This document shows positions 56,104 to 63,988 of a DNA stretch of 64,000 nt, piece after piece. A program made the position numbers and the translations under genes. The number at the start of each line of letters is the position of its first letter. The first letter of the stretch is position 1. The notes beneath the pieces were generated by a model. It saw only the letters and a program-made list of their open reading frames with translations. It ran no database searches and had not been told where the DNA came from. Source of the stretch: Cyanobium sp. (GTDB lineage: Bacteria; Cyanobacteriota; Cyanobacteriia; PCC-6307; Cyanobiaceae); the NCBI GenBank assembly GCA_044345855.1, contig JBIJAG010000002.1:60715-124714 (forward strand), given 5' to 3'.

Positions 56104-58940
56104 AAAAGCCGGCAGAAACCACCCCGCCGGCCCAGATAGAAACCACTTCAACAGTCTGGCCAGCAGGCAACAGCGACGCGCCCCCATGGCAGTGGCCCAT
56201 GGACCTGGCCGCCATCGCCGCACTGAAAGCCGAAGCCGAGGCCCTTGACCGCCTGGGGCTGCAGATCATCACGGTCATTCCCGAGCCGTTGCCCGCTGAT
56301 CGGTGGCCGCAAAAGGACCGAGAGGGCGAGATTGTCCTAGACAAGGACGGCAATCCCCGGCCGGCTTTTGTCGGGAAGAATCCATCCCACTGGATCGGCA
56401 GGGATTCGCCGCGCCTGCTCAGCCATGCCAGGCCCGAACCGCTGGACAAGGTGCTGGCGAAAATCGATGCCGCTGCCAAGCATGGCCACCCCATTGGCCT
56501 GGGAGTGATTCCCAGCGACCGGCTGGTGATCGCCGATCTCGATGCCAAGGACTACCAGGGCGGCGCCACCGAACTGGAAGCCGACTACCGGCGCCTCATC
56601 GCTGCCCATCCAGAGCTCGCCCGCACCCGTACCGAGCGCACCCCATCCGGCGGCATCCACATCTACGCCGAGGTGGCCGATGGGATGGCGAGCTGGAGCA
56701 GGAGCTCCGGCGGCCGGCGCTGCCGCTTCACCACCACCCCCGGCGGGCCCCATCGCGGCGAGATGCTGAGCGGCACTCGCATCAGCGTCACCGCTCCAAC
56801 GGCCGGCAGTCTCGGCGCCTATCGGCTGATGGAGGGCGCCGAGGACTACGCGCACACCCTGATCAAGGTTCCGAGCCTCGGCGTCATCGGCATCACGCCC
56901 CACGAGAAGCCGGCCACCCCGCAGCAGTCCATCGAGCGGCCGGTGGAGAGGCCGGTGGAGCCCTGCAACGGGGAGCAGCAGCCGCCCCACCTGAGGGAAC
57001 TTCTGCGCTGCCTCGCCGCTGGCGTGCTCAGGGGTGAACGCCCCTACGGCGAGGACCGCAGTAGCAACATGGCCGGCTTCCTGAAGGAGGTCTACGGCCT
57101 CAGTAACTGGCTCGACTCCGAAGGGCTGCCCTATGCCGGCAGCGCCGACACGCTGATCGCCGAGGCGGCCCAGGCCCTCGATATCGAGGACAAGCTCGAC
57201 CGGGTGATGGCCACCATCGACGCCAGCGCCTGCACATGGGGCAGCGATCCGAAGGCCAGCCGAGGCCGCTACGACAAGGTGATGCGTGGAGGCTGGCCGG
57301 CCGGTGATGACGCCGATGGGTCTACCGCCCAGGGCCGCGGCGATCAGCAGCAGGAGCAGCCGAAGCAGGAGCGCCCGCAGCAGCGCCAGCCAGACCCTGA
57401 GCCCCTCACCTACACCGAACTGCTCGCGGCGGCGCTGGAGGCCACCCGCAGCGGCCAGGCTGATCAGGAGATGACGCTCAGGGCCGAGATCATGGCCCGT
57501 TTCCGGCGGTCTGACGCGCAGATCACCAAGGCACTCATCGACCTGCTCACCAGCCAGGAGGGAGGCGCAGCCAACCGCTCCACCTACGGCGCCGTCGACC
57601 TGGAGCGCACCGCCGGCATGGATTGGCAGGTCGAGGGCTTCATCCCCGAGCGTGATCAGGTGCTGATCTATGGCGAGGCCGGCGCCGGCAAGACCACCGC
57701 GGCGGTCGGGCTGGCCATAGCGGTGATCGAGGGCACCGGCTTTCTGGATCGCGCCAGCCGCGCCACCCAGGGCAGCGTCCTGTTCATCGCCTCAGATTCT
57801 GGCGCCGACCCGCTTAAGGCCGCCCTGCAGAGCATGGGGCTGATGGATCACCCGGCGCTGAACCCGGATGCCGAACACCGGTTGATCGTGTGGGCCCACG
57901 ACGCCGATCAGGGCCGGCTGGCATGGGACGCCAGCCTGCGCGGTTGCATCGCCCTACTCGACTTCATCCGCCGCGAGCGGCCCGCCCTGGTGATCATCGA
58001 CAGCGCCAAGGCGGTCACCAGCAAGGCCGATCTGAACTACTGCGACAACCCGCCAGTAACGGCCCTCCTGACCTTCGCCAAGGAAGTGCTGTGTGCTCAC
58101 TGCTCCATCGCCTGGCTTCATCACGACGGCACCGCCAAGGGCTCCGCAGCCGGCGCCAAAGCCTGGAAGGAAATCCCCTCGATGGTTCATGCCATCGAAC
58201 ACGTTGAGATGGGCGGCAGCGGTGACGACAAGGGTGGCGGCGGTCCACGCAATGAGTCGTGGAAATGCGAGCGGATGCGCTGGTGGAAGGTCAGGAAGTG
58301 CCGCATGGGCACCGGCCGCGAGTTCCAGTTCGAGTTGGATGAAGGCACCGGCCGCCCGGCCCTGATCCCTGCCGCGGCCAAGACGGTGGTGCAGGACGCC
58401 CGCGCCGGGATCGTGGATGAGCTCTGGCGGGCATGGCAGGAGGGCCAGCGGTCCCTGAGCCGCAGGGAGCTCATCGACGCCATGCGCGATCAGCACAGCT
58501 ACAGCAGCAAGACCACCGACAACAACCTGAGCCGCATGGTGAGGGCCAGACACCCCGAGGTGTGCAGGCTCAGCATCCCGCGCGGCCACTACAAGTTGGC
58601 GCCTCGGGTGGTGGAGGTGCTGGCCGCGGCGGCAGCCCAGACCGACACCCCCCTTATTACGTCTCTACTCCAAGGGAAGGAACAAGGAAAAAACCCAGTG
58701 AGAGAGAGCGATCTAGTGACTTCCCGAGAAGTTCCCGAGGGAACTCACCGGGAACTCACCGACGAGCCAGCCCAAGCCAGCGAGTTCCCTCGGGAAAACC
58801 TCGGGAACTGCCCTCCCGCCAGTGATCGCAATGGATCCGGCCCTATTCCTTCCCGTGAGGTATTCACCCCACGCGCGCGAGGCGCCAGCCGGCAATGCCT
58901 CAAGAGCCTGTGGCCTGATCCCTGGCAGCAGTCCGCCTGA
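56100..58940 (+). CDS. Bifunctional primase-polymerase (PrimPol) + RepA/DnaB-like P-loop helicase fusion
   Basis: The N-terminal third has PrimPol-like motifs (GLGVIPSDRLVIADLDAKDY, TPSGGIHIYAEV, GEMLSGTRISVTAPT). A Gln-rich linker follows. Walker A is VLIYGEAGAGKTTAAVGLA and Walker B is PALVIIDSAK. The C-terminus is wHTH-like. Confidence 0.85.
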   Translation: MKKPAETTPPAQIETTSTVWPAGNSDAPPWQWPMDLAAIAALKAEAEALDRLGLQIITVIPEPLPADRWPQKDREGEIVLDKDGNPRPAFVGKNPSHWIGRDSPRLLSHARPEPLDKVLAKIDAAAKHGHPIGLGVIPSDRLVIADLDAKDYQGGATELEADYRRLIAAHPELARTRTERTPSGGIHIYAEVADGMASWSRSSGGRRCRFTTTPGGPHRGEMLSGTRISVTAPTAGSLGAYRLMEGAEDYAHTLIKVPSLGVIGITPHEKPATPQQSIERPVERPVEPCNGEQQPPHLRELLRCLAAGVLRGERPYGEDRSSNMAGFLKEVYGLSNWLDSEGLPYAGSADTLIAEAAQALDIEDKLDRVMATIDASACTWGSDPKASRGRYDKVMRGGWPAGDDADGSTAQGRGDQQQEQPKQERPQQRQPDPEPLTYTELLAAALEATRSGQADQEMTLRAEIMARFRRSDAQITKALIDLLTSQEGGAANRSTYGAVDLERTAGMDWQVEGFIPERDQVLIYGEAGAGKTTAAVGLAIAVIEGTGFLDRASRATQGSVLFIASDSGADPLKAALQSMGLMDHPALNPDAEHRLIVWAHDADQGRLAWDASLRGCIALLDFIRRERPALVIIDSAKAVTSKADLNYCDNPPVTALLTFAKEVLCAHCSIAWLHHDGTAKGSAAGAKAWKEIPSMVHAIEHVEMGGSGDDKGGGGPRNESWKCERMRWWKVRKCRMGTGREFQFELDEGTGRPALIPAAAKTVVQDARAGIVDELWRAWQEGQRSLSRRELIDAMRDQHSYSSKTTDNNLSRMVRARHPEVCRLSIPRGHYKLAPRVVEVLAAAAAQTDTPLITSLLQGKEQGKNPVRESDLVTSREVPEGTHRELTDEPAQASEFPRENLGNCPPASDRNGSGPIPSREVFTPRARGASRQCLKSLWPDPWQQSA

Positions 58941-58956
58941 TCGCCCCCAATAACCT

Positions 58957-59127
58957 ATGAGTATGAACTTCCCTACCACCACCCATCACCCGCGCTACAT
59001 CGAGCGCCCGGATGATGACCTACCCAACGTGCCCTATCCCTGGCGGCCGCCAGCCAGCGGCCAGGCCCGCCGCGCCATGCCTCAGCAACTCAACCACCTG
59101 GAGGAAGTGAACCATGGCTGGAATTGA
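58957..59127 (+). CDS. Possible 56-aa ORF (below the ORF-track cutoff)
   Basis: MSMNFPTTTHHPRYIERPDDDLPNVPYPWRPPASGQARRAMPQQLNHLEEVNHGWN. It fills the gap after the replicase, and its stop overlaps the next gene start by 14 nt. No recognisable domain. Confidence 0.25.
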   Translation: MSMNFPTTTHHPRYIERPDDDLPNVPYPWRPPASGQARRAMPQQLNHLEEVNHGWN

Positions 59128-59770
59128 AATCAGGGTGCAGCTGCAGGGTTTCGACCGGATGCGTGGTTTCGTCGCTGGTCTGGAGGGCAAGCTCCAAAAG
59201 GCAGCCGCCAAAGCAGTGAACGACACAGCCAAGGCCGCTGCCGAGGATCTCAACGCCTCGACCCGTAGTGCCTTTGATCGCCCCAGCAAGTTCAGCCAGC
59301 GAGCCGCATTCGTCAGCCGGTACGCCACCGCCGCCAACCCATCGGCAGAGGTGGCGCTGCGCCCCCTTCAGGCCCGCTACCTGCAGCCCAACATCGTGGG
59401 CGGCCAGCGCCCCGCCAAGCCATCAGAGAGCCGCCTTGCCGCCTCTTACTCATCGTTGAATGCGCGGGCGGCCTGGCGTCCCGGCATCGATGCCGGCCGC
59501 GATGCTTCCGGGAACATCCGCCGCCGGCAACTGGTGGATGCGTTGAGCGGCAAGGATCCTCGATCCTTCCTGCTGACTGAGCAACGGGGCAAGCTCCGGC
59601 CCGGTGTCTATCGGCGCATGGCGCGGGGCAAGCTGCGCAACGTGCTGGCATTCGGCCAGCTGCCCACCCTGGCGAAACGTTGGGACGTTGAAAGGATCGG
59701 CCGCAATGCAGTGGCGAGGGCATGGCCAGCCGCCAGCCGCCGCCGACTTGACGAGGCGTTGAAGGGCTGA
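59114..59770 (+). CDS. Hypothetical protein (N-terminus reminiscent of phage HK97-gp10/virion-morphogenesis proteins)
   Basis: GGAGGAAG precedes the ATG. IEIRVQLQGFDRMRGFVAGLEGKLQKAAAKAVNDTAKAAAEDL resembles the N-terminal pattern of small phage head-tail proteins. This is a weak inference. Confidence 0.55.
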   Translation: MAGIEIRVQLQGFDRMRGFVAGLEGKLQKAAAKAVNDTAKAAAEDLNASTRSAFDRPSKFSQRAAFVSRYATAANPSAEVALRPLQARYLQPNIVGGQRPAKPSESRLAASYSSLNARAAWRPGIDAGRDASGNIRRRQLVDALSGKDPRSFLLTEQRGKLRPGVYRRMARGKLRNVLAFGQLPTLAKRWDVERIGRNAVARAWPAASRRRLDEALKG

Positions 59771-59966
59771 CCTTACCCCCCCCCTATTCAGGGTCCTGTA
59801 ATCACCCTTTGGCTGGGGTTCTTTCGCAGGCCCTCTCTGATTCTAGTGGCAGACTTTTTTGAATAGGACAGACATAAGACACCGTAATCCCAGCCTAGTC
59901 AGCTATACGATCCCCTACCCCGTGTCCAGCTGGGGGAGGCCCTATCCGATGTCGCCAGACTACGTG

Positions 59967-59994
59967 GACATCCCGAGACATCCCAGGACATGGC
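59967..59994 (+). repeat. 10-bp-periodic triple GACATCCC / GACATCCC / GACATGGC overlapping the next start codon
   Basis: ggacatcccgagacatcccaggacatggcc, read directly. Confidence 0.85.
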
Positions 59995-60808
59995 CGCTGT
60001 GACCTTTGCCGAGGCCGCCCGCCGCCTCGGCCACCGCTCCAGGTCCTCGCTCTATCGGCTGAAGGCGGAGCACCGGCTGGACCACTACCTGGTGGAAGGC
60101 CCCCACGGCTCCCAGCTGCTGGAGATGACCCCGGCGGAGAGGCCCACGCTGGAGGCCTACCTGGCAGCGGTCCTGGATCCAAGCCGAGGACCACAAGCGA
60201 GCCGGAGGGAGCAGAGATCCCAACGGGACCGGAGGTGGGAGCTGGTGGCCGTCACCCTCTCCGCCGCTCTGGAGGTGATCGGAGGCCCGTCTCTCACCGC
60301 AAAGGAGGCGGAGCTTCTGGCGGATCGGCTGGGACCGGCCACCTGGGAGACGTTTCCCGAAGGCCTCCCAGGGGGCATCCCGAGAGACCCTCCCCACCCG
60401 CTCTCGGACGGAAGTCCCACGATCATGGATCTCCTCTGGGTCCCCCTGGCGAAGGAGGCCAACCACTGGCTAGTGGAAGGTGGCTGGAGGTTTCCCAGGC
60501 TCACCGCGGAGGAGGTTCTCCTGGTCTGGAAGGTGGCGGAGGACTGGATGGAGGGGACTTCCTTTGACACCGAGAGCGAGGCCTGGTGGAGGGAGGCCAT
60601 GGAGGACCGAACCGAGGGAGACCCCTGCCCAGACCCTTGGAGGTGCCAATGGTGCGGGAAGCCCTGGCACGGAAACCACCCGGACTACGAAAGACCAGCC
60701 GAGGTGGAGGCCTTCTGGAAGACGTGGCTGGCACGGCTCGGGTCATCCAAGGACATTCCAGAAGAGGCCTCCCAGGAGCTGGAGGCGGCCGATTCTTCGG
60801 AGGCCTGA
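59990..60808 (+). CDS. Hypothetical Trp/acidic-rich protein with N-terminal HTH-like segment and Cys cluster
   Basis: VTFAEAARRLGHRSRSSLYRLKAEHRL is HTH-like. C-terminal CPDPWRCQWCGKPWHGNH is Zn-ribbon-like. No family recognised. Confidence 0.55.
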   Translation: MAAVTFAEAARRLGHRSRSSLYRLKAEHRLDHYLVEGPHGSQLLEMTPAERPTLEAYLAAVLDPSRGPQASRREQRSQRDRRWELVAVTLSAALEVIGGPSLTAKEAELLADRLGPATWETFPEGLPGGIPRDPPHPLSDGSPTIMDLLWVPLAKEANHWLVEGGWRFPRLTAEEVLLVWKVAEDWMEGTSFDTESEAWWREAMEDRTEGDPCPDPWRCQWCGKPWHGNHPDYERPAEVEAFWKTWLARLGSSKDIPEEASQELEAADSSEA

Positions 60809-61275
60809 AGAGGAGCAGCCGGTCCCCCTGCCACAGGTTCACACAAGGTTGCGCCGAGCTTATGGGCGCCTTATGGCCAGCCGTCAAAAGCCTTGCTACG
60901 ACTGGCCTTTGTGGTTTCGGCGCAACCCACCGCGCAAACCTGAACGCAACCGCCCGCGCCTTTCATCCGACTTTCATCCAACCGCCAGAACCGTCTCACC
61001 GCCTGGGTTCTGGGTTTCGACAGGCAAGGTGAGAGGCAAGGCCTCCACCGCCTGGTGATGAGACCCGAGGTCCCCCCGCCGCGGCCCTGGCCGATGGCTG
61101 CTACGGGCTTGTGCCAGGATGGATCTCCGGAAAATATCCGGATTCCCGAACGGTTCTCCCCGGACACCGTTACGGCAATTTGAGGCTATATATGTGCACA
61201 CGCTGCTCAGTTGAGCGCGGGAGCCCCTGACCAGGGGCACCACCTACCACCACCTACCACCGACCTCAAAAGAAA

Positions 61276-61494
61276 ATGGCTGTATTGGACCCCCCAGTGC
61301 GGTTTGATGTCCGCATGCCGCTTGATCTTGCACAAGATATGCAAGACCTTGAGCAAACAACTGGCCTTTCTCGCGGTGAAATCTTCCGCCGTGCTATGGC
61401 TCTTTACAAACGAGCAAAAGAAACCCAGTCTGCAAGAGGAAATGTGATTCTTCGCGATTCGGACGGTACGTTGCGCGAAGTGGTCGGTATCTAA
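61276..61494 (+). CDS. Ribbon-helix-helix (CopG/Arc-like) DNA-binding protein
   Basis: VRFDVRMPLDLAQDMQDLEQTTGLSRGEIFRRAMALY has a beta-alpha-alpha RHH layout. Lower GC. AAAAGAAA precedes the ATG. Confidence 0.7.
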   Translation: MAVLDPPVRFDVRMPLDLAQDMQDLEQTTGLSRGEIFRRAMALYKRAKETQSARGNVILRDSDGTLREVVGI

Positions 61495-61832
61495 TGCCAG
61501 ACAGAGGCGAAGGCCAACAGTCGGATGGGGGGAGGAAGACCCATTATCTCCCCCCTGACACCACGACTGTCTCCCTGTCTGACGCTGAGCGGAATGTCAC
61601 AGAAGTCATAAATAGCGGCGATCTTAAGTCAACAGATATAAGCCCTAAAGGGGCGAAAGCGCCCGTCTCGATGGTTCATGGTAGGGAAAGGGTCTGGATA
61701 GCTGGAGTCGCTCTTGCTATAGCTTTAATTGGGCCTTGTACTCCGTGGGTTCCTGATAACGTTAAAACGGGGTTTCTTGCAATCGCTGGCACTATTTCAG
61801 CTTCCCTTTTTAAGGGTTTTGAGAGCAACTAA
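61494..61832 (+). CDS. Small membrane protein (two C-terminal TM helices)
   Basis: TAATG overlap with the RHH gene. The N-terminal half is hydrophilic, followed by VWIAGVALAIALIGPCTPWV and GFLAIAGTISASLF. Lower GC. Confidence 0.55.
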   Translation: MPDRGEGQQSDGGRKTHYLPPDTTTVSLSDAERNVTEVINSGDLKSTDISPKGAKAPVSMVHGRERVWIAGVALAIALIGPCTPWVPDNVKTGFLAIAGTISASLFKGFESN

Positions 61833-62000
61833 TTCTCGGGCAGATCCCGCCACGCCACCCCCCACCGCTGGATCGGACCTCCCTGGAGGCTGCGGCTGGC
61901 CCGCAACCCTCACCGCCTCCCAGGATTCCAGCCGAGCTGTGAAGCCATCATGACACCTACCCCTATCGGCCCCACCACCGGGGAACCCGACCGGCCCCTG

Positions 62001-62633
62001 TTACTGCGTGACTCCCGTTAGTTTCAAGTCTTCAAGCCTGCCTGTTTCGGTTAGGCATCCTGCGGTCTCTACGCTCATGCCACCAAACCCGTTCCGTGAG
62101 CGGTATTGAATCGACACCCCCTTTTTAGGGCTTCCACTTGTTTGAGATCCCCAAAAGGTGTAGCCGATGCGTTCGTAACTGCGAGGTTCGCGCAGATTGC
62201 GTTTAATGGCCTCCTCACAAACGTATTTCATCCCTCCGAAAGGGTTCTCACTTGTGGTGCTGCCAGTCGCTTTCTTGCTTGTTGCGGTCCCGCTAGGAGT
62301 CGGTGGGCTGAGATTGTTGAACATTGTCTGATTGGCAACCCAGCAAAGTGGAGTCAGCACAACTCCCGCGCCTATCCAGCTTGCAAGTGGTGTGATCTTT
62401 TGCCCTTTCTTGGTTGTGTATTCGCCTTTTAGATTGGATAGCAGCAGGACAACCGGCGAGATAATCAAGCCAGTAGGCGCAACGATTGCCCCGGCTACAA
62501 CCGCCATGACGTAAGCCAGCGGCGACTTAATGAAAGGTTTTTTCTTCTCCGCTTCATCCTTAAGCAAGGCTGAGGCTAAGGCTTCCGCCTTCGATGCGGA
62601 CGAAGGTGGCGGCGGTGGTGGTGGTGGCTTCAT
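62001..62633 (-). CDS. Membrane protein with N-terminal poly-Pro tract, two TM helices and small C-terminal globular domain
   Basis: MKPPPPPPPPSS..., TM segments (LAYVMAVVAGAIVAPTGLIISPVVLLL, WIGAGVVLTPLCWV) and a C-terminal CEEAIKRNLREPRSYERIG...VSIQYRSRNGFGGMSVETAGC. Markedly lower GC. Confidence 0.6.
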   Translation of the reverse strand: MKPPPPPPPPSSASKAEALASALLKDEAEKKKPFIKSPLAYVMAVVAGAIVAPTGLIISPVVLLLSNLKGEYTTKKGQKITPLASWIGAGVVLTPLCWVANQTMFNNLSPPTPSGTATSKKATGSTTSENPFGGMKYVCEEAIKRNLREPRSYERIGYTFWGSQTSGSPKKGVSIQYRSRNGFGGMSVETAGCLTETGRLEDLKLTGVTQ

Positions 62634-62899
62634 TACCCCAACTTACGGATAATCGCCTTGGCTGTCACTACCTAGAACCCAGCCGATGGGCTTCAGCTGG
62701 ACGCCGCGGCCCCGCCTGTCCGCCCCTGGGAACCCTATGGAGCCCCCCACAGCACCGCCATGCCCGACCCGTCAGAGGAGCTGATCACCCCGCTCATGGC
62801 CATCACCCGCGACCCCAGCCTGGCCCCGCCATCGGGCCGGCTGCGCCCTCTGCTGGTGGGGAGGCCGCACCCGAAGCGGAGGATGGGCAGGTGGGGAGC

Positions 62900-63988
62900 T
62901 CAGGCCACCATCAGCGCCGCATTGGCCCGCTCGAAGGCCGCTGCGGCGCCGCTGGAACTGGCCCATGGGTAGGAGCGGCAATGCACCTCGAAGCTGTGCC
63001 CCATGCTCAGCGCCACCGACCCGCCGTCAATGCCCCTCAGGTGGCCCCTGAGGCTGTAGCTGTGGCGGAAGCTATAGGGCACGGCCCGCTCACCCTTGGC
63101 AGCCATCACAGCCCGCAGGGAGCGCCACCCAGGCTGGCGATTCAGGTAGGTGGCCACGCAGTCTCCAGAGCCGTTGCCGCTTGACAGTGGGGGGAGCTCA
63201 ATCAGGCCGGCCTGCCACCGCTCGATCAGGTTCCAACGCTGAGGGATCCCGTCACCATCCACCAGCGGCAGCGGATGGACCCGGCGCGGCTGGGTGTCTC
63301 CACCGCCGCTCCGCTTCCGGTAGGTGCACCACCAGTACGGCCGACCCGTGCCCGGATCGATCCGCACCGTGAGGTGGAGCAGTTCGATGGGGCGAAGCCC
63401 AAGCTCAGCCATCAGCTGGAGAGCATCACCCCACCTACAGCCCGGCCCATCAAGCGGCAACGAGGTGATCAGGTTGATGATCGCCTGATCGGTGAGTGGA
63501 TCGCCTTTCTTGATCGTGCCTCTGTGGGATCCCTTGGCGCCAACGTGGGAGCTCAGATCAGTGGGCGGCATCCACAGGGCCGGGAACTGCTCACGGGTGA
63601 CGCAGTAGCGCAGGAACTGCGCCAGCGCCTGCGCCCTTACTTGCCGCTCCTTTGACCCTGGAGGCCATAGGCGGATTACGGCATCAAGCAGATCCGCCGG
63701 ACTTGAGAGAGCCCCTCGCCCGGTGAGCAGTGGCACAGCAGCTGCCAGCGCCGGCCCGTAGGAGCGGTCCCAGGTGATCGGCTTGATGGCCCGGCCATGC
63801 TCCATCTTCTGCACCTTGAACCGCTCAACCGCCGCGGCCCAGTCCATCGCCGCCTTGGGAGCCCTGCCCTCGGCAATCTCAGCGGCGCTGCGGAGACTGT
63901 GCCCCTCGGCCACCAGCTTGTAGAGGTTGCGGATCCGGACGTAGGCATCCCCGGTGGAATCCGAATCCCAGCGGAAGGGCAGGAGCAC
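62900..63988 (-). CDS. Tyrosine recombinase (phage integrase family)
   Basis: Catalytic elements LGLRPIELLHL (Arg), YSFRHSYSLRGH (H-x-x-R) and MGHSFEVHCRSY (His...Tyr). The start lies close to the window end, so the true N-terminus may differ. Confidence 0.85.
   Translation of the reverse strand: MLLPFRWDSDSTGDAYVRIRNLYKLVAEGHSLRSAAEIAEGRAPKAAMDWAAAVERFKVQKMEHGRAIKPITWDRSYGPALAAAVPLLTGRGALSSPADLLDAVIRLWPPGSKERQVRAQALAQFLRYCVTREQFPALWMPPTDLSSHVGAKGSHRGTIKKGDPLTDQAIINLITSLPLDGPGCRWGDALQLMAELGLRPIELLHLTVRIDPGTGRPYWWCTYRKRSGGGDTQPRRVHPLPLVDGDGIPQRWNLIERWQAGLIELPPLSSGNGSGDCVATYLNRQPGWRSLRAVMAAKGERAVPYSFRHSYSLRGHLRGIDGGSVALSMGHSFEVHCRSYPWASSSGAAAAFERANAALMVA

Noticed and set aside
60480-61167. ORFs 60480-61058 (+), 60586-61032 (+), 60871-61167 (-) and 60974-61243 (-) as island genes
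   Set aside because: They are mutually overlapping, Arg/Pro/Gly-rich and without ribosome-binding context or domain signatures. The region is treated as non-coding and structured instead.
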